Under the pieces are notes generated by a model, which saw only the letters and a list, made by a program, of their open reading frames with translations, ran no database searches and was not told the origin of the DNA. The position numbers and the translations under genes are program-made. DNA of 58,626 nt from an uncultured Spirochaetaceae bacterium (lineage in GTDB: Bacteria; Spirochaetota; Spirochaetia; Treponematales; Treponemataceae). The stretch spans positions 1-58,626 of the forward strand of contig CACYCX010000116.1 of the NCBI GenBank assembly GCA_902772975.1. Reading direction: 5' to 3'. Each line of letters starts with the position of its first letter. The first letter of the stretch is position 1. Of the stretch, positions 29,716 to 38,285 are shown piece after piece.

Positions 29716-30735
29716 TTGAGGGAAATAGATTTGACAAAAACGGCTTCCGTAAAAAAATCAGAATCTGTAAAAATTTCAAAATCTTCAAAATCAGAAAAAG
29801 AAATTTTTCTTTCTGTCGTTATTCCTTGCTATAACTGTGCGCCTACAATTGAAAGGGCAGTTGAATCGGTCGTAACAGAAATTGCTTTTTTAAATAAAGA
29901 AAAAAAATACGCAGAAAATAAATCGGAAATCATTCTTGTAGATGACGGCTCTGTTGACGGAAAAACGCCGGCGCTGCTGGATGAGATTGCAGAAAGCGTC
30001 AGCAGGAAAAATAAAAAGGCCGGAATTGAAGCAGTTGTGCTTCATGCAAAAAACGGCGGTGTTGCGACTGCGCGAAATACGGGAATAAAAAAGGCGCGCG
30101 GTAAACTGATTGCTTTTTTAGACAGCGATGATAAATGGGTTACAGGCTCGCTTTTAGAACGCGTCCAGATATTGGAAGGATTTCCTGAGGCTGGTTGCGT
30201 GACAGGCGTTCACGATGCGGAAAGCCAGATTGTTTTGGGACTGGAGCGCGCCGGGGATGGTACAGGGCGGACGGATTCTTGGAATGCGGATGGTTCTGCA
30301 AAAGAGGCTGGTTCCGGTATGGCATCTGATGGTACAGGAAAGCTTTATTTTGTTACAGTGGAAAAGGAGCTTTTTAAAAATTACCTTACTGTTCAGAATG
30401 CGGTAATGCGCCGCTCTGTTTTTGATGAAGGAATTTATTTTAAGGACGGCATGCGGTATTGCGAGGAGCTTTATCTGTGCGCTCAGATTGCTTCAAGATT
30501 TAAAGTTCTTTTTTTGAACAGACGGATTTCGGAAAGTATTTTAGGAAAAGGCAGGTTCGGAGACTGCGGCTTGAGCGGAAATCTTTTTAAGATGGAAGCC
30601 GGAGAATTAAAAAGCATCTGCCTTGTGTGTTCAGAGTTTAAAATAAATTTCGGGACAAAAATAAAGGCAGTTTGTTTTTCACTTATAAAATTTTTAAGGC
30701 GGATTGCCATAACTATGGTTAAGAGGTGTAAATGA
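29716..30735 (+). CDS. Glycosyltransferase family 2
   Basis: SVVIPCYN, ILVDDGS, NGGVATARN, AFLDSDD. Confidence 0.9.
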   Translation: MREIDLTKTASVKKSESVKISKSSKSEKEIFLSVVIPCYNCAPTIERAVESVVTEIAFLNKEKKYAENKSEIILVDDGSVDGKTPALLDEIAESVSRKNKKAGIEAVVLHAKNGGVATARNTGIKKARGKLIAFLDSDDKWVTGSLLERVQILEGFPEAGCVTGVHDAESQIVLGLERAGDGTGRTDSWNADGSAKEAGSGMASDGTGKLYFVTVEKELFKNYLTVQNAVMRRSVFDEGIYFKDGMRYCEELYLCAQIASRFKVLFLNRRISESILGKGRFGDCGLSGNLFKMEAGELKSICLVCSEFKINFGTKIKAVCFSLIKFLRRIAITMVKRCK

Positions 30736-31571
30736 TAACTGCATCAATTGTTTTGTATAATTCACCGGTTGATAAATTGTATGATGTAATAAATTCTTTT
30801 TTGCCGGAAGACGAAAATATTGCGGGAAAAAAGCTTTATTTAATCGACAATTCACCTGCAAAAATGTCAGAAGATTCTTTGATGTCTGTAACAGGCGGCC
30901 GTGATATAGAATATATTTTTAATGACGGAAAAAATCTGGGCTACGGCGGCGCTCATAATATTGCACTTAGAAAATCAATTGAGTGCGGCGCAAAGTATCA
31001 CGTTGTTTTAAATCCAGACGTCCGTTTTGAGCCTTCTGTAATTACAGAGCTTGAAAATTATTGCGATGAAAATCAGGATGTCGTTTACATTCTTCCAAAG
31101 GTTGTTTATCCCGACGGCGAGCTTCAGTATCTTTGCAAGCTTCTTCCGACTCCGTTCAATTTGATTTTCAGGCGCTTCCTTCCTAAAACGGCATTCACGC
31201 AGAAAATTGACGACAGGTATACGCTTAAAATCAGCGGCTACGATAAAATAATGAACCCTCCTTGTCTTTCGGGCTGCTTTATGTTTATGCGGACAGGCGC
31301 GCTTAAAGAGCACAATATTTTCTTTGACGAAAGCTACTTTATGTACTGCGAGGATTTTGATATAATTAGGCGTTTGCATAGAATCGGAAAAACAGTATAC
31401 TATCCGAATACGACTATCATTCACGATCATGCAAAGGCGTCGTATAAAAGCAAAAAAATGCTGATGATTCACATTAAATCGGCAATAAAATATTTCAATA
31501 AATTCGGCTGGTTCTTTGATTCAGAACGCGCGCGAATGAACAGACAGATTCTGAAAGAGGTAACAGAATGA
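30732..31571 (+). CDS. Glycosyltransferase family 2 (WbbL-like)
   Basis: [42 protein letters not shown]. Confidence 0.88.
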   Translation: MITASIVLYNSPVDKLYDVINSFLPEDENIAGKKLYLIDNSPAKMSEDSLMSVTGGRDIEYIFNDGKNLGYGGAHNIALRKSIECGAKYHVVLNPDVRFEPSVITELENYCDENQDVVYILPKVVYPDGELQYLCKLLPTPFNLIFRRFLPKTAFTQKIDDRYTLKISGYDKIMNPPCLSGCFMFMRTGALKEHNIFFDESYFMYCEDFDIIRRLHRIGKTVYYPNTTIIHDHAKASYKSKKMLMIHIKSAIKYFNKFGWFFDSERARMNRQILKEVTE

Positions 31572-32659
31572 GTGACAAAATCGCATTAATCACAGGTATT
31601 ACAGGACAGGACGGTTCTTTCCTTGCAGAATTCCTTCTTGATAAGGGATACGAGGTTCACGGAATTATCCGCCGTTCATCATCGTTCAATACAGGACGCA
31701 TTGAGCACCTTTACATTGATGACTTGATTGAAGACCTTCACAAAAACCGCAAGGTAAAGCTTCATTACGGTGACATGACAGACTCTATGGCAATCACACG
31801 CCTTATCCGCGAAATTAAGCCGACAGAAATTTATAACCTTGCAGCACAGAGCCATGTTCAGGTTTCTTTTGAAGTTCCTGAATTCACTGCTGACACAGAT
31901 GCAACAGGCGTCCTCAGAATTCTTGAGGCGGTTCACTTCCTTGGAATGGAAAAAACATGCCGCATTTATCAGGCATCTACTTCTGAACTTTTCGGACTTG
32001 TTCAGGAAATCCCGCAAAAGGAAACTACTCCGTTCTATCCGCGCTCACCGTATGCAGTTGCAAAGCTCTACGGTTACTGGATTATGAAAAACTACCGCGA
32101 GTCTTACGGAATGTTCTGCGCAAACGGAATCCTTTTCAATCACGAATCAGAGCGCCGCGGCGAGACTTTTGTTACAAGAAAGATTACTCTTGCAGCAAGC
32201 CGCATTGCACACGGATATCAGAAAAAGCTTTATCTTGGAAACCTCAATTCACTGCGCGACTGGGGATATGCAAAGGATTATGTTGAATGCATGTGGCTTA
32301 TTCTTCAGCAGGACAAGCCGGATGACTTTGTTGTTGCAACAGGCGAGCAGTATTCAGTACGCGATTTCTGTAAGCTTGCGTTTAAGGAAGCTGGAATTGA
32401 GCTTGAATTTAAAGGCGAAGGCGTTGATGAAAAGGGATACAACAAGGCTACAGGTGAATGCCTTATCGAAGTTGACCCGAAATATTTCCGCCCGGCAGAA
32501 GTTGAAACTCTTCTCGGCGACCCGACAAAGGCAAAGAGCGTTCTCGGCTGGAATCCTAGAAAGACAAGCTTTGAAGAGCTCGTAAAGATTATGATGAAGC
32601 ACGATATGGATTTTGTTGTTCGCGATCATATGGCGCGCGGCAAGATTGCTTCAAACTAA
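31568..32659 (+). CDS. gmd: GDP-mannose 4,6-dehydratase
   Basis: [55 protein letters not shown]. Confidence 0.97.
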   Translation: MSDKIALITGITGQDGSFLAEFLLDKGYEVHGIIRRSSSFNTGRIEHLYIDDLIEDLHKNRKVKLHYGDMTDSMAITRLIREIKPTEIYNLAAQSHVQVSFEVPEFTADTDATGVLRILEAVHFLGMEKTCRIYQASTSELFGLVQEIPQKETTPFYPRSPYAVAKLYGYWIMKNYRESYGMFCANGILFNHESERRGETFVTRKITLAASRIAHGYQKKLYLGNLNSLRDWGYAKDYVECMWLILQQDKPDDFVVATGEQYSVRDFCKLAFKEAGIELEFKGEGVDEKGYNKATGECLIEVDPKYFRPAEVETLLGDPTKAKSVLGWNPRKTSFEELVKIMMKHDMDFVVRDHMARGKIASN

Positions 32660-32689
32660 TTTTCCGGCACGAACTTAAAGGAACGCGAT

Positions 32690-33526
32690 TTGATTAAGCT
32701 CCCGGAATCAAAGCTGGATCCGGCGCTCATTGCGCTTGATTTGGATGATACGCTTCTCAATAAAGAATGCACGATTACTCCCCGTACAGTTGCCGCGCTT
32801 CGACAGGCGGCAGCGCAGGGGATATACATTGTGCTTTGCTCAGGGCGCGCCGAAAGCGGAATCCTTCCGTTTGTGCGCATGCTTGACCTTGCAGGAACTG
32901 AGCAGGGAAGGTATTTGATTGCCGTAAACGGAACGACGATTTTTGATTTGCATGCGCGTCAGAATATTTTTACGGCAAAGGTTCCGGGGGAGACTTTAGT
33001 GCGCGCCTTCGAGATGGCGCAGGCGTATGGATTTCCGGCTCAGGTTTATGATTCGACGACTACATACGCAAACGAAGACAATGAGTTTTCGCGCCTTGAT
33101 GCCGAGCTGTGCCACTTAAATCTTAAGATTGTTCCTGATTTTAAAAACTATCTTATGAGCGGGCATACAAAAATGCTTGTTCCGGGCGAGCCTGAAAAAA
33201 TCAAGCAGCTTGAGGCCGAGCTGAAATCAGAGCTTGCCGGAAAAGCGGTTGTTTTTGTAAGCAAGCCGTTCTTCCTTGAAATAATTCCTGTAAACGCAGG
33301 AAAGGGCGAGGCAATTCTCCGTCTTGCTGATATCATAAAAATTCCGCACGATAAGACAATGGCATTCGGTGACAGCATGAATGATGAGACAATGCTGCGG
33401 CTTTCGGGCTATTCCGTTGCGATGTGTAACGGCCTTGAATACATTCAGGACATCTCAAAATATGTTACGCGCAGGTCAAACAACGAAGACGGAATCGGCG
33501 ATTTTTTAGAGCAGTTTGTACTGTAA
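32690..33526 (+). CDS. Cof-type HAD-IIB hydrolase
   Basis: ALDLDDTLL, CSGR, KG, FGDSMND motifs. Confidence 0.9.
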   Translation: MIKLPESKLDPALIALDLDDTLLNKECTITPRTVAALRQAAAQGIYIVLCSGRAESGILPFVRMLDLAGTEQGRYLIAVNGTTIFDLHARQNIFTAKVPGETLVRAFEMAQAYGFPAQVYDSTTTYANEDNEFSRLDAELCHLNLKIVPDFKNYLMSGHTKMLVPGEPEKIKQLEAELKSELAGKAVVFVSKPFFLEIIPVNAGKGEAILRLADIIKIPHDKTMAFGDSMNDETMLRLSGYSVAMCNGLEYIQDISKYVTRRSNNEDGIGDFLEQFVL

Positions 33527-33535
33527 AATGTTCAT

Positions 33536-33591
33536 CAAAAAGCGACCATAAAAAAGCGTCCGTAAAAAAGCACCCATAAAAAATTATCCAT
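33536..33591 (+). repeat. Four 14-bp tandem units (consensus AAAAAAGCnnCCRT)
   Basis: cAAAAAGCGACCAT / AAAAAAGCGTCCGT / AAAAAAGCACCCAT / AAAAAATTATCCAT. Confidence 0.65.
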
Positions 33592-33662
33592 AATTAAAAA
33601 TCTGTGATATAATAGAAGAAATAAAGGAAACTTTTGATTAGTAATTGAAGTCGGAGGATGAG

Positions 33663-35951
33663 TTGAAATTACTGTTCATTAGTATACTCTTTGTTGAATT
33701 GATTGCCACGGCAATTTGTATGGTGCTTTCAGCAAAGAAAAAACAGCAGATTTCTTCTCGTCTTGCAGGGCTTTATTCTTCGGCCTGTCTGTGCATCATT
33801 TTTCAGATGCTTTCCTATTCAGTAAGCAATGTTTTCTGGGGAATTTTTTTTGTTTCGTTTTATTGGATAAGCTTTGATTTTGTACTTTACTTTATGCTTT
33901 CCTTTACGGTTGTCTTTACGACGGCGAAAGGTAAAGGCGAAAAGGGAAAGGATTTACAGCTTATCGTTTTGATTCTTCTTTTTGTTGATATTCTGTTTAT
34001 TGCCATCAATCCGTTCATGCAGAACGCATTCAAGCTGCAGCCGGTTTATGTGAACGAGCATTTCGGTTACTGGATTATGGAAAAAGCGCCTTTGTTTACG
34101 ATTCACGATTATTTTAATTATATTCTGGCGCTTGATACGATTCTTTTGCTTTTGATAAAAATCATTAAATCGCCAAGATTTTATTCGAGCAAATATCTTT
34201 TGATTTTAATCGGATATGTTGCCGCTGTTGTGCTTGATTTTGTTTTTGTTCTTGGAAATGCGCCGTTTGATTTTGCGCTTCTTGTGTTCGCGCCGCTTGC
34301 CGTAGGAATTTATTATTTTGCTTTTACGACAATTCCGTTAAAAATCCGGCAGAGGCTTCAGAGAATCGTTACGGACAAAATGGATAATGCGGTTGCGACC
34401 TTTGATTGCCGGGGAAAGTGCATTTACATAAATGAATCGTGCCGCGCATTGTTTGATGTTTCGGACAATGATTTTTCTGTTCTGGAAAAATTCGTAGCGG
34501 ATTTCAGCCGCGATATTCATGATGATTTTGGTGTAAAGAATGTTACGCTTTTAGTTAATGGCGAAGAAAATATTTTTGCCGTTGAATATCAGAAGCTCAT
34601 GGACAAAAAAGGCCAGCTTGAGGGAAGCTATATTAATATGCAGAATCAGACTGATGAAGTAAGAAAGCTTGAATTGGAAAAATTCAGGGCAAGCCATGAT
34701 TCGCTTACTGGTCTTTTAAATAAGAATTCGTTTTTTACGATTGCGTCGCAGATTATAAAATCCGCACCTGATATTCCGCGCTATCTGGTTGCGACAGATA
34801 TAAAGGATTTTAAAATCGTCAATGATTTATTCGGAACAAAATTCGGTGACGACTTACTTAAGCAGCAGGCCGAGATGCTTCTGGAATCAGACTCTGATGG
34901 CTGCATTCAGGGCCGTATTTCGGGCGATAAATTTGCGATGCTCATAACAAAAGATAAATTCAATGCGGCAACGGCTGTACGGAATACAAACCGCGTGATT
35001 CAGCTTTCAAAAGGCGTTGATTTTAAGTTCCATGTTTACATCGGAATTTACGAAATTATAAATCCTTACGAAAGCATCCGCTCAATGTACGATAAGGCAA
35101 ATCTTGCAATTCAAAGTATCCACGGAAATTTTCAGCAGAGCATTGCGTTTTACACGACTTCGTTAATGGAGCAGCTTTTAACCGAAAAAAATATTATAAG
35201 TGAATTTGATGCGGCGCTCGAAAAGGAAGAATTTAAGCTTTTCTTCCAGCCGCAGGTTGATAAGGACGGAAAGCTTTTGGGCGCGGAAGCACTTGTCAGA
35301 TGGCTTACAAGCGAGCGCGGTCTGGTTGCACCGGGAATGTTCATTCCGATTCTTGAAAAGGCTGGCTTTATCTTTAAGCTTGATAATTACATATGGGAGA
35401 AGGCCGCGCAGAAACTTGCTGAATGGAAAAAAGCGGGCAGGGATGAGCTTTATATTTCCGTAAATATTTCTACAAAAGATTTTTATTATATGGATCTGTA
35501 TAAGATTTTTACGGAGCTTGTACAGCGGTACGGCTTTTCTCCAAGGAACTTAAAGCTTGAAATTACGGAAACAGTTTTGATGCATAATATCCAGCATCAC
35601 CTTGGAGTGCTTACGCGGCTTCAGCAGGCTGGCTTTGAAATCGAAATGGATGATTTTGGAAGTGGCTTTTCTTCGTTGTGCCTGTTAAAGGAAATATCCG
35701 TTGATGTATTAAAAATTGACATGGGCTTTTTGCGGCAGACACAGAATCCTGCCCGCAGCAAGATCATCTTAAAGTCTATTATTTCGATGGCGCAGACTTT
35801 GGGAATGCAGATTGTAACGGAAGGCGTTGAAACTATAGCGCAGTTAAAAATGCTTTGTGATATGGGCTGTAAGGTTTTTCAGGGCTATTATTTTTCTTCA
35901 CCTGTCAGCGTAAGGGATTTTGAACAGAAGTATATGGGAGGAAAAAAATGA
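33663..35951 (+). CDS. 7TM sensor - PAS-like - degenerate GGDEF - EAL protein (probable c-di-GMP phosphodiesterase)
   Basis: About 7 TM helices, HDSLTGLLN, ISGDKF in place of GGDEF, EALVRW, EITE, DDFGSGFSS, EGVE, QGY; TTG start 33663 after GGAGG (ORF track 33645). Confidence 0.88.
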   Translation: MKLLFISILFVELIATAICMVLSAKKKQQISSRLAGLYSSACLCIIFQMLSYSVSNVFWGIFFVSFYWISFDFVLYFMLSFTVVFTTAKGKGEKGKDLQLIVLILLFVDILFIAINPFMQNAFKLQPVYVNEHFGYWIMEKAPLFTIHDYFNYILALDTILLLLIKIIKSPRFYSSKYLLILIGYVAAVVLDFVFVLGNAPFDFALLVFAPLAVGIYYFAFTTIPLKIRQRLQRIVTDKMDNAVATFDCRGKCIYINESCRALFDVSDNDFSVLEKFVADFSRDIHDDFGVKNVTLLVNGEENIFAVEYQKLMDKKGQLEGSYINMQNQTDEVRKLELEKFRASHDSLTGLLNKNSFFTIASQIIKSAPDIPRYLVATDIKDFKIVNDLFGTKFGDDLLKQQAEMLLESDSDGCIQGRISGDKFAMLITKDKFNAATAVRNTNRVIQLSKGVDFKFHVYIGIYEIINPYESIRSMYDKANLAIQSIHGNFQQSIAFYTTSLMEQLLTEKNIISEFDAALEKEEFKLFFQPQVDKDGKLLGAEALVRWLTSERGLVAPGMFIPILEKAGFIFKLDNYIWEKAAQKLAEWKKAGRDELYISVNISTKDFYYMDLYKIFTELVQRYGFSPRNLKLEITETVLMHNIQHHLGVLTRLQQAGFEIEMDDFGSGFSSLCLLKEISVDVLKIDMGFLRQTQNPARSKIILKSIISMAQTLGMQIVTEGVETIAQLKMLCDMGCKVFQGYYFSSPVSVRDFEQKYMGGKK

Positions 35952-38218
35952 GAGACTTATTCTGCATATCGACTCTTGTGCTTTCCTTTATAATGTTCAT
36001 TATCGTCGTAAAGTTGATGCGCATGTCTTCCGAATACAAGAAAGACGTTGTGCCGCTTATTGTAGTTGCGATTGCCGCTATGTTTGTTTACAGCGCTTTT
36101 GTTGTCTGCAAATCATACCAGGCCGCACTTTTTCTGAACGCACTTTATTTTATAGGAACTGACTGGCTTGCATTTTACATGCTGCGTTTTGCAATAAGCT
36201 ATTCGGGTTACGGTGTTAACCTCAGGCCGCTGTTCAAGCCGTTTATTTTCCTTGCCGCAATAGATTCGATGTCGCTTGTGATTAATACTTTTACGCGACA
36301 CACTTTTGATTTGTCGACAAGATTTAATGGAAAAGAAATTTTCTGGATAAGTGAGCTTTATGGAGTTCACTGGATTCATCTTTCTTTGTGCTATGTGATG
36401 GTGCTTTCAGCGATGATTCTTCTTGCGTATGCCGGAAGAAAAGCGTCTTCATTGTATAAGAAAAAATTCTTTATCATATTAACTGCGTTTACGATTGTCG
36501 TTACGACAAACTTTTTCTGCTATACGCTTGCAACTCCGATTGACTATTCGGTTCCGATGTACGCAGTTCTTGCGGTGTTTATCGCCTATTACACCATTTA
36601 CAGCTTCCCGATAAAAATTGTTGCAGAATCGCTCGGGCTTTTAAGTGATTCAATAAGCGACGGAATTTTTTATTTTGATGTGGACGGAAACTGCATTTTT
36701 GCAAACCACAACGGATTTGAAAGCTTTGGTAAATTGGAAAAAGAAACTCATGCAAGTGCTGATGAATATTATCTGGCCCAGTCTAAATCCCAGAATTTTT
36801 CAGAGAATGATTTTTGTGAGTGGAACGAAGATTTTATTGTTGACGGACAGCTCAAGCAGTATAAAGTAACGTACAATGTGCTTGTCCACAAAGGCGAAAA
36901 AATCGGTTCAGTACTGCGCTTTTCGGATAAGACTGACGAAATCGATAAATACCTTCGCGAAAAATATCTTGCTACCCACGATGAGCTTACTGGAATTCTT
37001 AACCGCGAAGGATATTTTGAGGAAGTAAAGAAAGCGCTGGAACAAAATCCAAATGATGAATGGGTAATGATTTCTTCCAACATAAAGGATTTTAAGCTTA
37101 TCAACGAGCTTTTTGGTGAAGAGCTTGGCGACCGGGTTTTGATGCGCGAAGCAAATCTGCTTCAGGTGCGTAGCCATCCGGAAAGCGTTTACGGAAGAAT
37201 TTCAAGTGACAAGTTTTCTTTATTCTGCAAGCAGGAATATTTTAACGAACGGATTTTTACAGAATGCATTGAAACGATGCGCGCCGTTATCGAAGAAAGC
37301 ACGTTCAAAATGTTTATAAGGACAGGCGTTTATTTTATCAAGGACAGAACGGAAGATCCGCAGGTAATGTACGATAAGACGCTCCTTGCGATTTCGAATG
37401 ATTCTGATTATCAGAATGTCTTCAGATATTACGATTCGGCGCTTCTGGAAAAAACAATCGAAGAAAAGAAAATAATCACGCAATTTGAAACTGCAATAGA
37501 GCAGAATGAACTTGAAGTTTACCTTCAGCCGATGACTGATGCGGGGGGCAATGCTTTTGGAGCGGAGGCGCTTGTACGCTGGCATCATCCTGAAAAGGGG
37601 CTTTTATTGCCGGAAGCTTTCCTTCCGATTCTGGAAAAATCAGGCCTCATTACAAAGCTTGATGTCTATGTCTGGGAAGAAGTTGCAAAGATTCTTGCTG
37701 ACTGGAAAGCAAAGGGTATTGAAGATAAGCATATTTCGGTAAATGTTTCGGCAAAGGATTTTTATTACACGAATATATGCGAATATTTTACTGAGCTTGT
37801 AAAGCGTTACGGCATCAAGCCTTCTTCGCTTAAGCTTGAATTCTCTGAAAGCGTGCTTATGTCAGATTTTGAAAAGTCGTCTGAAATATTTGCTTCTTTG
37901 CAGCTTAATGGTTTTGAAGTTGAGATTGACGATTTTGGAAGCGGCTATTCTTCGTTGAATATGCTTAAGGATATCAGGGCGAACATCCTTAAAATTGACA
38001 TGGTATTCTTACAGGAAACTGTTAACCGCGAACGAAGCAGGATAATTCTTGCGGCGATTATTTCTATGGCAAATGAGCTTGGGCTTAACATTATTACTGA
38101 AGGCGTTGAAAATACGGAACAGCTTTCAATGCTGCAAAAGCTTGGATGCAAATATTTCCAGGGCTTTTATTTTGGACAGGGACTTCCTGTTAAAGAATTT
38201 CAGGAAAAATATTTATAA
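35948..38218 (+). CDS. 7TM sensor - PAS-like - degenerate GGDEF - EAL protein, paralog
   Basis: HDELTGILN, ISSDKF, EALVRW, DDFGSGYSS, EGVE, QGF; ATGA overlap with previous gene. Confidence 0.88.
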   Translation: MRDLFCISTLVLSFIMFIIVVKLMRMSSEYKKDVVPLIVVAIAAMFVYSAFVVCKSYQAALFLNALYFIGTDWLAFYMLRFAISYSGYGVNLRPLFKPFIFLAAIDSMSLVINTFTRHTFDLSTRFNGKEIFWISELYGVHWIHLSLCYVMVLSAMILLAYAGRKASSLYKKKFFIILTAFTIVVTTNFFCYTLATPIDYSVPMYAVLAVFIAYYTIYSFPIKIVAESLGLLSDSISDGIFYFDVDGNCIFANHNGFESFGKLEKETHASADEYYLAQSKSQNFSENDFCEWNEDFIVDGQLKQYKVTYNVLVHKGEKIGSVLRFSDKTDEIDKYLREKYLATHDELTGILNREGYFEEVKKALEQNPNDEWVMISSNIKDFKLINELFGEELGDRVLMREANLLQVRSHPESVYGRISSDKFSLFCKQEYFNERIFTECIETMRAVIEESTFKMFIRTGVYFIKDRTEDPQVMYDKTLLAISNDSDYQNVFRYYDSALLEKTIEEKKIITQFETAIEQNELEVYLQPMTDAGGNAFGAEALVRWHHPEKGLLLPEAFLPILEKSGLITKLDVYVWEEVAKILADWKAKGIEDKHISVNVSAKDFYYTNICEYFTELVKRYGIKPSSLKLEFSESVLMSDFEKSSEIFASLQLNGFEVEIDDFGSGYSSLNMLKDIRANILKIDMVFLQETVNRERSRIILAAIISMANELGLNIITEGVENTEQLSMLQKLGCKYFQGFYFGQGLPVKEFQEKYL

Positions 38219-38285
38219 TTTGCGGATAATTAAAAGCCAGCGATTTACAGTGATTGTATAAATCATTGTATAATGATTGTATAAA

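Noticed and set aside
33584-33592. TTATCCATA as DnaA box
   Set aside because: Single one-mismatch copy with no origin context
38242-38285. Triple ATTGTATAA repeat between convergent EAL and kinase genes
   Set aside because: Explained by a simple AT-rich hairpin/micro-duplication in a terminator zone; no spacer structure
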